Shown: in pieces, positions 56,860 through 64,000 of the stretch
Position numbering within the stretch: position 1 is the first letter of the stretch
Layout: every line of letters starts with the position of its first letter
From: Alphaproteobacteria bacterium
GTDB taxonomy: Bacteria; Pseudomonadota; Alphaproteobacteria; RF32; CAG-239
Length of the DNA stretch: 64,000 nt
Assembly: GCA_045632645.1 (NCBI GenBank)
Contig: JAZQXC010000003.1
Location: forward strand, 2,033 to 66,032
Reading direction: 5' to 3'
The notes under the pieces: model-generated
Databases searched by the model: none
Seen by the model: the letters and a program-made list of their open reading frames with translations, nothing else
What the model was told of the DNA's origin: nothing
Made by a program: the position numbers and the translations under genes

Positions 56860-57585
56860 ATGAGAAAATTTAATAAGCCGGAGGGGCAGACTACCTCCGA
56901 TAACTTTCTTAAGTCTGAAATTGAAAAAGACTTTTTGCGCGCACAATCTGGTTGGGGTGAGGTGAGCGATGATGATCTTTCGTATATCAGTAATAAGGGT
57001 TTTAAATCTCCTTCTGATTTACTTAAATCTTATCGTGAGTTAGAGCGAGTTTATTCGTCTAAAGTCAGCATTCCTCGGGACGGCGATAAAGAGGGCTTTA
57101 GTAAACTTTATTCTAGGCTTGGTATGCCTAAAGATTTGGACGGATTTAATATTGAATTTCAAGATGAAGATAAAGAACTTGGAAGTCAATTTACGAAAGT
57201 ATGTCTTGAAAATAATATTCTGCCTCAGTCTGCAAAAGCTCTTTATGAATGGTTTGTTAAATCTAGAGAAGATGCAGAAAATGTGATGAATCAAGATTGG
57301 GAAAATCAATCTTTTTTACAGATGAAGGAAGTGGAAGAAAGTTGGGGCGCTAAGGCTAAACAAAACATCGAATTAATGAAAAGAGGTATTAGACTTGTTT
57401 CTGATGATGAAGATGTAATTGAAAATATGGAAAGAGCCTTGGGTACTAAGCAAATGATGGAAACATTTTGTAAGCTTGGAGAAGCCGTTTCTGAAGATAA
57501 TCCGGTTAGTTTTGGAAAAAGAGGGAGGACTGATGATGATTGGTCTGCGGTGGAATATTTTAGAGAAATGTTTAATGATTATTAA
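56860..57585 (+). CDS. putative scaffolding protein (acidic, helical)
   Basis: Position between portal and coat. 241 aa, acidic, helix-rich. Start at the ATG behind GAGG. Confidence 0.4.
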   Translation: MRKFNKPEGQTTSDNFLKSEIEKDFLRAQSGWGEVSDDDLSYISNKGFKSPSDLLKSYRELERVYSSKVSIPRDGDKEGFSKLYSRLGMPKDLDGFNIEFQDEDKELGSQFTKVCLENNILPQSAKALYEWFVKSREDAENVMNQDWENQSFLQMKEVEESWGAKAKQNIELMKRGIRLVSDDEDVIENMERALGTKQMMETFCKLGEAVSEDNPVSFGKRGRTDDDWSAVEYFREMFNDY

Positions 57586-57609
57586 TTTTTAATTTGAAAG
57601 GAAAAAATA

Positions 57610-58509
57610 ATGGCTAGTACATTAAAAGAAATTGCGGTATCGCTCTCTAAGAAACAGGAGCATTATGTTGATAGTTTAACTGAAGAATCTCCAATTTTAG
57701 ATAATATGCGTTTTGAACCTTCTACCCATGGTTTATGGAATGCATATGAAGAAGTTGCTAGAATTGAAGGTGCTGGTTTTGTTGATATTAATCAACCATT
57801 GCCTGAAATGGAAGTTGATTCTAATTTGAAAAAAATTGATTTATCTATTTTGGGTGGTGAAATTTTCTTGCCGGAGGATAAAGGCTCTGTTATTGGTGTT
57901 AGTGAATATTTTGGTAAGAAAGTGCCTGTGCTTTTGAAACATGCAGGTCAAACAGCTGAAAAGAAAATAATTTATGATAACTTTATCCCTTATGCTGTAA
58001 ATAATGGTAAGGCGCAAAATTCTGGTGCTGAAGAAAATTGTTATTCTATGGTGGCTGTTAGATTTATTGATGGAGAAGTAACAGGTTTATATTCTCAAAG
58101 CAATATTAATCGTTTTGGACTTTTAGATTCTAGACCTATTAATGGTGGTGCACTTTATAAAAATCATGATGGTGTGCTTGGATATGGTTTGAGACTTAAA
58201 GGCTATATTGGTATGCAACTTGCTAACAAAGATGCTGTTTCTGCTATTGTTAATATTAACCAAAACAATATTCCAACAGCTGACCAAATCGATAATATGC
58301 TTGTTGATGCAAAAGCAACTCCTGGTTCTACATTTATTTTCTGTCATCCTAAAGTGTTGTCTATGCTTAATCAATATAAAGGTAATATTTTACAAGCATC
58401 TTCATATGATTTTGATGTTAATAGAAGCTTTATGGCATGGAATGGCATTCGCTTTATTACATCTTATAACTTTAAAAATGGTACGGAAGAAGCTGTTAAA
58501 TTAGCGTAA
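57610..58509 (+). CDS. putative major capsid protein
   Basis: 299 aa immediately after the scaffold-like gene. P22-like gene order. Confidence 0.45.
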   Translation: MASTLKEIAVSLSKKQEHYVDSLTEESPILDNMRFEPSTHGLWNAYEEVARIEGAGFVDINQPLPEMEVDSNLKKIDLSILGGEIFLPEDKGSVIGVSEYFGKKVPVLLKHAGQTAEKKIIYDNFIPYAVNNGKAQNSGAEENCYSMVAVRFIDGEVTGLYSQSNINRFGLLDSRPINGGALYKNHDGVLGYGLRLKGYIGMQLANKDAVSAIVNINQNNIPTADQIDNMLVDAKATPGSTFIFCHPKVLSMLNQYKGNILQASSYDFDVNRSFMAWNGIRFITSYNFKNGTEEAVKLA

Positions 58510-58531
58510 TTTATTGATAGGAGTGAAAGTA

Positions 58532-58906
58532 ATGTTGAAAAATATATTAAAAGTATATGGCGAAGATTTAGTTAATGGTGATTTGGCTTTATCTTCTATT
58601 GAAGGAGGAAAACCTGTTTGCGCAGGTGGAACATGTGGTGCATTATGTGTTAATGTTTTTGCTAAAGGTGATGTGGTGTTGGCAGAAGATGTTAACGTTA
58701 GTGTTAAACATGGTGATACTATTGATGGTGGTTTTGCTGAATTGTTTGCTATCAACCTTGAAGGAGGGGCTCAATATAAAGATGGTGACTTAATGGCGAC
58801 TACTACTATTTCTGAAACAGCAAAGGCTTATTTGGTTGCTGATGTTGTTAGTAATGAAGCTAATAGTGGTGGTGTTCGAGTTACTCTTGGATATTTAGCT
58901 AGATAG
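58532..58906 (+). CDS. phage-region hypothetical protein (Gly-rich, 124 aa)
   Basis: Start at the ATG behind AGGAG. The track ORF uses an upstream TTG. Confidence 0.4.
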   Translation: MLKNILKVYGEDLVNGDLALSSIEGGKPVCAGGTCGALCVNVFAKGDVVLAEDVNVSVKHGDTIDGGFAELFAINLEGGAQYKDGDLMATTTISETAKAYLVADVVSNEANSGGVRVTLGYLAR

Positions 58907-58931
58907 TTTTTATTATTATTTTTAAGTTAAA

Positions 58932-58976
58932 GAGCAAAGAAAGAATGAGAAGAAAGTTCTTTCTTTGTTCTTTTTT
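58932..58976 (+). terminator. strong terminator (14-bp stem GAGCAAAGAAAGAA/TTCTTTCTTTGTTC plus T6)
   Basis: Read directly. Confidence 0.65.
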
Positions 58977-59003
58977 GTTGAAATTTAAAATAAGAAGTGT
59001 AAT

Positions 59004-59210
59004 ATGAATAAAAGAGTGTTGAGTACTGTTGAAAGTATATACAGCAAATCAAATGCTAAAAATCCAATAAAAACAGGAAATCATTTAGTTGATTATGTTA
59101 TAGGAAAAAATAAATATGCTAAAGCATGGAATGTTGGATTTGAAGTTGGAAAAGCAGTATTTGTAGCTCTGCAATCGTTTAATGAATTAAAACGTAATAA
59201 AAAATATTAG
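59004..59210 (+). CDS. small hypothetical protein (68 aa)
   Basis: ORF only. Confidence 0.3.
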   Translation: MNKRVLSTVESIYSKSNAKNPIKTGNHLVDYVIGKNKYAKAWNVGFEVGKAVFVALQSFNELKRNKKY

Positions 59211-59233
59211 TACAATATTGAAAGGAGCTAATA

Positions 59234-59653
59234 ATGAAGGGGTGGAAAAATTATTTTATAATTTGGGGAGGATTGGTTGTTAGCTCTTTTTTGTTTGGTC
59301 TTTGTTGTAGTCATCAAGATATGATATTTATCAATGCGATACTATTGGGGATGGCTATTGGATTGAGTGTTATTAATGCATTAGGTAATTATGATGTTTA
59401 TATAGATGATTTTAAGGAAAAATATAAAAATACGGCATTGTTTTTGGAAAGAATAGGGAAGGTTGATAGTTTGGTTAGTATTTTTGTGTTGCCGGTTATT
59501 GTTATTGCGTTTATGGAAAGTATGGGATGGAGCGATGTTAAGGTAAATAATGAATATCTTATATGTGTTGCTGTTTTGATGTGTAGTTTATGGTGTTTGT
59601 GTTTGGTTTTAGGAATATGGCAATTTTATATAAATAATAAATTAAAGAAATAA
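59234..59653 (+). CDS. small membrane protein (3-4 TM) in the phage region
   Basis: GGAG RBS. Hydrophobic segments. Confidence 0.4.
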   Translation: MKGWKNYFIIWGGLVVSSFLFGLCCSHQDMIFINAILLGMAIGLSVINALGNYDVYIDDFKEKYKNTALFLERIGKVDSLVSIFVLPVIVIAFMESMGWSDVKVNNEYLICVAVLMCSLWCLCLVLGIWQFYINNKLKK

Positions 59654-59778
59654 TTACAATATCGGAGATGAAAATGAAGAAAATTAAAGCTATGTTGAAA
59701 ATTATAGGTAAAGGAATATTAAAGATTTTGGACTTTATTTTATGTTGGGTATAAATGTTTTGTGATTTTGGTTTTAAA

Positions 59779-59804
59779 GGGGAGCTTTGGGCTTCCTTTT
59801 TTTT
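59779..59804 (+). terminator. conserved hairpin motif, copy 3 (GGGAGC-TTTGG-GCTTCC plus T8)
   Basis: Related to 56249 and 56804. Lies inside the TTG-extended ORF, rejected as coding. Confidence 0.5.
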
Positions 59805-59825
59805 ATTTTTAATTTGGAGGTATGT

Positions 59826-60416
59826 ATGTCAAAAATTGAAATTGTTAATAGAGCATTGATGAAGCTGGGAGAACCACCAATTTCGTCTTTGAATGATGCA
59901 CAGTTTGGAAAAAGTTATGAAATTATATATGATGATATAAAGGAACTTTTGCTTTCTTCTTATCCTTGGAGATTTTCTTTAGAGATAAAGTATTTGCCAA
60001 AGATGGAAGAGAAATATGGCGATAAATTTATGTATAAATTGCCAACAGATTGTCTTTTGCTTGTTGGGGTTTTGGGGAGTTCTAAAAGCGATGTTACTGA
60101 CGTTCGGGTATCTAAGGTTGAAGGATATGAAGTGGTTAATAATGCGATAGTTACTTTGGCTCAAAAAGGAGTGATTGCGGAGTATGTGAAAAATGTTGAT
60201 GATGATATGATGTTTCCACCACTTTTTAGGGAGGCAATGGCTGCGAAAATTGCGGCTGAATTATCAATGAGAATTAAGCATTCTACTTCTATTAAACAAA
60301 TGTTGGAAAATGAATTTATTACTCTTATTAGGCAGGCTGAACTTAATAATGAAATTATTAAAGATACAGAGCTTATGCCTGATAGTAGTTGGGTTTTGGT
60401 GCGTGATAATTGGTAA
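59826..60416 (+). CDS. head-to-tail adaptor protein (P22 gp4 / T7 gp11 tail tubular A-like)
   Basis: N-terminus IEIVNRALMKLGEPPISSLNDAQ resembles the conserved N-terminal motif of P22 gp4 and T7 gp11 ([20 protein letters not shown] / VNDILASIGEPPVSTLEGD), recalled from memory. Confidence 0.55.
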   Translation: MSKIEIVNRALMKLGEPPISSLNDAQFGKSYEIIYDDIKELLLSSYPWRFSLEIKYLPKMEEKYGDKFMYKLPTDCLLLVGVLGSSKSDVTDVRVSKVEGYEVVNNAIVTLAQKGVIAEYVKNVDDDMMFPPLFREAMAAKIAAELSMRIKHSTSIKQMLENEFITLIRQAELNNEIIKDTELMPDSSWVLVRDNW

Positions 60417-60435
60417 ATTTTGAAAGGAGAATATT

Positions 60436-60621
60436 ATGAGTTCGGTTTTTAAATCACCTAAAGTTAGAACTATTGAAACTAAGGTTGTTGAACCAGAAAT
60501 TGTTGATATGTCTGAAACGGTTTTTGAACTTGAAAAAAAACGTAAGAAAAAAATGGGGGCAGTGTCTCAACTTTTATCAAAAGATAATAGTTATGGTGGA
60601 AAGACAACTCTTGGAGGATAA
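60436..60621 (+). CDS. small hypothetical protein (61 aa)
   Basis: GGAG RBS. Confidence 0.3.
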   Translation: MSSVFKSPKVRTIETKVVEPEIVDMSETVFELEKKRKKKMGAVSQLLSKDNSYGGKTTLGG

Positions 60622-60648
60622 TTTTTTTAGAGTTTGTTTGTTGTTATT

Positions 60649-60675
60649 AGAGGAGTTTTAGCTCCTCTTTTTTTA
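60649..60675 (+). terminator. terminator (AGAGGAG/CTCCTCT plus T8)
   Basis: 7-bp perfect stem. Confidence 0.55.
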
Positions 60676-60679
60676 TGTT

Positions 60680-61105
60680 TTGAGAGGTTTTATGATTAGA
60701 CGATATAAGATTGGTGATGCTTTATTGGTTGATGTGCAAAATGAGCAAAAAGATGAAGCAAAAGAGGGGAGATTGTTTTTTGATAAAATAATTGCATATA
60801 GCCTTGTTGATGATGATGGCAGGGTTTTGGCTGTTATGGGGTATAAGATTATAGAGGATCGGGCCGAATGTTTTGCATTGGTTGGAAGAAATATTGGTTG
60901 CAAAATAATTGAGCTTATTAAGTTTGTTAAAAATAAGATGAAGGTTGATGCTGTTAAATGGGGAGTTAATAGGATTTTTATTACGGTAAAAGATGGATTT
61001 TTTAATGCTAGAAGAATGGCGGAAATTTTGGGGTTTAAACAAGTTTATAAGTTGCCGTCTTTTTTTAATGGAAGTGATTATTTTTTGTATGAAAAAAGGA
61101 GTTAA
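60680..61105 (+). CDS. hypothetical protein (141 aa)
   Basis: ORF. Confidence 0.4.
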   Translation: MRGFMIRRYKIGDALLVDVQNEQKDEAKEGRLFFDKIIAYSLVDDDGRVLAVMGYKIIEDRAECFALVGRNIGCKIIELIKFVKNKMKVDAVKWGVNRIFITVKDGFFNARRMAEILGFKQVYKLPSFFNGSDYFLYEKRS

Positions 61106-61109
61106 TGAG

Positions 61110-61556
61110 ATGAGTTATTCGGTTGCAATGATGTATGGAGCTAGGTTTGTTTCTAATTTTTTGAAGTCTGAACAGGAAAATAAAAAGTATTTAATTGAGG
61201 CGGAAACAGAACTTCAGAATGCTGAGATTTTAAGAAACAATGCTTATAGCATAAGAAATGTTGGGGCAAGAAATGAAGATATTTCACGCTCTAAAAATAG
61301 GGCTTATTTGGCGCATAATAGAACTATTGCAAATGAAGCTGGTATTGGAGAGAGTCCGACTTTAATGGCGAGCTTGGCTACTAGTTATAGTGCACTTGAG
61401 CAAAATGTTCTTAACGACAGGTATAAAATTGAAAGTGAAGCTGAAAATTATTTATATCAGGCAAGAGTTGGTGAGGAAAATGCTAAACAACTAAAGAAAA
61501 AATATAAAAATTCATTTGGAAATTCGTTATTAAGTTCGGCAATTAGTTTATTTTAA
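61110..61556 (+). CDS. hypothetical protein (148 aa)
   Basis: Start at the second ATG (MSYSV). The track's longer ORF overlaps the upstream gene. Confidence 0.4.
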   Translation: MSYSVAMMYGARFVSNFLKSEQENKKYLIEAETELQNAEILRNNAYSIRNVGARNEDISRSKNRAYLAHNRTIANEAGIGESPTLMASLATSYSALEQNVLNDRYKIESEAENYLYQARVGEENAKQLKKKYKNSFGNSLLSSAISLF

Positions 61557-61566
61557 GGAGTGTGTT

Positions 61567-63186
61567 ATGAGAAGAAAAGAGCAAAGTATTGGTGCTATGC
61601 AACAAGATAAAGCATTATTGAAAAAAAATATGGCAAATGTTGCTAAACCTGTTGGTTTGAAAAGATATGTTGCGGGGGGAGAGTATCTTGGTGCAATTAG
61701 TCAAGGTTTGGAAAAAGTGGATGATATACTTGAACGTGGAATTATTGAAGAAAAACACAATAAATTAAAAGCAGATAGTTTGTTGCAAAATTATAGAATA
61801 GCTCTTGGTAATGCTAGTAGTTCTGAAGAGTTTGATAATATTGCGTCGTCTATTGGAAATGAGGTTAAAAACTTTTTTATGGCGAGTGATAGTGGTAAAG
61901 AATTTTGGGATAAACATGGAGCTAAGATAATTGAAAATAATAATTTAGATGTTGAAAAAATAAGAACTCAAAAAGAATATGATTTTGGAAAAGATGCTTT
62001 GAGAACTTTGCTTGCAGATAATCAATCTTTGCTTTTAAGAGCAGATAGGAATAAAGGTAGTGTTTTGTTAGAAAATGGGGTAAGTGAGATTGAAAATACA
62101 ATTTTTTTAACTGATGAAGAGAAAAGGCAATATCGTGATGGATATTTGAAAACTGGTATTTATAATTTGGCGCTTTCTGATGTTGAAGGGGCAAGAATAG
62201 AGGCTAATAAATATAAATCTAATTTGGGTGATGATTTTATTAAATCTATTGATGAAATTGAAGCATTACAGATAAAAGAACGCCAGAATGAAAAGCGTAA
62301 AAATGAAAGAAAAGAATTTGTAAATAATTGGAGCAATGCTTTAAATTTGTGGCAACAAAAAGAAAGAGGAGAAATTTTAGAAGCTGAATATTATGTGTTG
62401 TCTAAAGAATATGATGGTATTTTAAATGATGAAAATGAAGTTGAAAATTTTGAATTTAAATATAATGAAAAGCCAATGAATAAGGCGTATAGTCTTGTTA
62501 AAAAAATGAATAGAGGAGAGAGTGTTGAAAGTAGTGAAATTTGTGATGCAAGCAAGGCCTTAATTAGAGCATATAATGATAATAAGATGAATTTAGATGA
62601 TGTTTGTAATCTGCAAAATAAGCTTATTTATTCGCAAGAAGATGGAGAAAAGAAAGTTGATTTTTTAGATCAAGAAATTGATGAGATGGTTGATAATATT
62701 TTTGTTAGAGATGTGGCGACAAATTCTATGGAAGCTAAAAATTTGATGGAAGAGAAAGCGCGATTAGGTTTATTACTCAATGATGTTTATTATGATAAAA
62801 AAATGGCTTTAATGATGAAGTTTACGAGCGAGGGTGGGAAAATTACGCCTAAGGTTAGTCGTTTATTAAAAAGAAAGGCGTTAGAGGAAGCTAAGGAAGA
62901 GTTTGGATATGTTGAAAATGCTGGCGGAGCGATAGAGTATAATGAGCTTAAACCATTGTTGAGGCTTTATTATAATGGTAATAATGAAAATGAGATTTGG
63001 GCAAATTTTTATAAAAAAGCGCCTTTTAGTGATGATAAGAAAAGCTTGCTAAAAAATTTGGCGACTAAACAGCAAAAAAAGGAACTTAATTACCCACATT
63101 TTAATAGCTGGGCTGAAGTTTTAGATGCTGATTTGGGGTATGATGATAAGTTTTACTTTAAGGGGCGTCTTGCTAAAAAAGCTTAA
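61567..63186 (+). CDS. phage structural-like protein (539 aa; candidate hub or ejection protein)
   Basis: Position after the adaptor. Coiled-coil-rich. Confidence 0.45.
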   Translation: MRRKEQSIGAMQQDKALLKKNMANVAKPVGLKRYVAGGEYLGAISQGLEKVDDILERGIIEEKHNKLKADSLLQNYRIALGNASSSEEFDNIASSIGNEVKNFFMASDSGKEFWDKHGAKIIENNNLDVEKIRTQKEYDFGKDALRTLLADNQSLLLRADRNKGSVLLENGVSEIENTIFLTDEEKRQYRDGYLKTGIYNLALSDVEGARIEANKYKSNLGDDFIKSIDEIEALQIKERQNEKRKNERKEFVNNWSNALNLWQQKERGEILEAEYYVLSKEYDGILNDENEVENFEFKYNEKPMNKAYSLVKKMNRGESVESSEICDASKALIRAYNDNKMNLDDVCNLQNKLIYSQEDGEKKVDFLDQEIDEMVDNIFVRDVATNSMEAKNLMEEKARLGLLLNDVYYDKKMALMMKFTSEGGKITPKVSRLLKRKALEEAKEEFGYVENAGGAIEYNELKPLLRLYYNGNNENEIWANFYKKAPFSDDKKSLLKNLATKQQKKELNYPHFNSWAEVLDADLGYDDKFYFKGRLAKKA

Positions 63187-63237
63187 AATTTTTAAATATT
63201 TTGATGTGTTGATATATTTGTTTTGGGAGAATGTGAT

Positions 63238-64000
63238 ATGAATGATCTTGAGTTAGATGATGAGGTAAATGTGGTAAATGAATTGAGCGGTGATGGTGAC
63301 CGCTCTTTTTTGTTGGATAAAAAAGATGATAAAAATTTGATAGATGATGATTTAATAGCAAGTAATGAGTTAGCGAAAAATGAAGTTGAAACTTTTATTC
63401 AAAAAGAGGAGGAAAATGGAAATATACCAAGTGAAAATTTGAACAAGATAAATATTAGATATATTGATACAGAGCATAATCTTGAACTTAAAAATATAAA
63501 TAATGAAAGCGTTGATGAGGATAAGCCTTTTATGTCTTTTAATAAAATGGCTGAGGTGATTAGAGATGGTTTTGAGCATAATAATTATACTAAAGAAATA
63601 GAAAAAATTGGTGAAGATGTTGCGCGCTATAAATGGGCTTATGATGAAGGAAAGTTTGGGGATTTTGATGGAGGAGCTTTTACTAAAGAGGTTTTTAAGG
63701 CAGGTGCTAGAGGTTTTGGTAGTGCTAATCTTTTTATGATTAGCGATATGTTAAAAATGCTTGGTAGTAATGTTAAAAATAAAAATTTGAATTTGGGTGC
63801 TGTAACTCATGGTGTTAGTTTGGTTTTGCCTCATGCTGGTGATACACTAAATGATTTGGGCGAAGTGATAGAGAATTTAGCGTATAAAATTGAAGATTCG
63901 TCTTTTTTACGTCCAGGTGAGGCGGTTTTTGATGAAGATCCAAACTGGATGAATTTAGCAAATATTATAGGGCAGGGTGCAGGTAATGTTTTGAGTATGG
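63238..64000 (+). CDS. hypothetical phage protein, 5' portion (runs off the right edge)
   Basis: ATG at 63238. Open through 64000 (>250 codons). Acidic N-terminus. Confidence 0.4.
   Translation, partial: MNDLELDDEVNVVNELSGDGDRSFLLDKKDDKNLIDDDLIASNELAKNEVETFIQKEEENGNIPSENLNKINIRYIDTEHNLELKNINNESVDEDKPFMSFNKMAEVIRDGFEHNNYTKEIEKIGEDVARYKWAYDEGKFGDFDGGAFTKEVFKAGARGFGSANLFMISDMLKMLGSNVKNKNLNLGAVTHGVSLVLPHAGDTLNDLGEVIENLAYKIEDSSFLRPGEAVFDEDPNWMNLANIIGQGAGNVLSM

Noticed and set aside
1-64000. CRISPR arrays, rRNA genes, IS elements/transposases, integrases
   Set aside because: No regularly spaced direct repeats, no rRNA-like conserved segments, and no ORF with recognisable transposase or recombinase motifs were seen on either strand.

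Overview
This is about 64 kb of low-GC (roughly mid-30s %, judged by eye) chromosome. By gene content and order it is alphaproteobacterial and Rhizobiales-like (Bartonella- or Liberibacter-like). That assignment is inference and was not computed.

Layout:
(1) 1-5900 is an accessory-looking cluster ending at a minus-strand tRNA-Thr(CGU) at 5911-5986. It holds two convergent paralogous ~140-aa proteins, a MORN/YwqK-repeat protein and a 661-aa protein with an HExxH motif. No integrase is visible.
(2) 6000-20740 is a housekeeping block: rRNA pseudouridine synthase, rsmD, an orphan N6-adenine DNA methyltransferase, an HPr/EIIA(Man) PTS-Ntr-like operon led by a PAS-only protein, tsaB, ihfB, lapA-like, accD, an OM beta-barrel protein, deoB, lspA and an M16 peptidase.
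(3) 20929-21858 is a single gene with atypical composition, with a near-consensus promoter and its own terminator.
(4) 22-42.6 kb is cell envelope: the dTDP-rhamnose genes rfbBDCA and two GT-C-like polytopic membrane proteins. It also carries a stand-alone GlmU-N-terminal-like nucleotidyltransferase, an M3 oligoendopeptidase, amidase, lolA, a second MORN protein and an inverted holB. rlpA, a DD-carboxypeptidase and tmk complete it.
(5) 42.66 kb to the window end is a phage-derived element. Its packaging and structural module follows P22-like order: small and large terminase, portal, scaffold, coat, then a head-to-tail adaptor related to P22 gp4 and T7 gp11. A divergent maltokinase-like/4-alpha-glucanotransferase (malQ) pair is inserted between portal and scaffold.

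The most unusual sequence-level signals are in the phage region. A ~50-bp promoter/operator unit occurs twice (42663 and 56682). Each copy is followed by a short leader and tandem intrinsic terminators, an anti-termination-style or sRNA-like architecture. A hairpin motif with covarying stems and a conserved loop recurs three times just upstream of phage gene starts.

No rRNA, CRISPR array, transposase or integrase could be supported.
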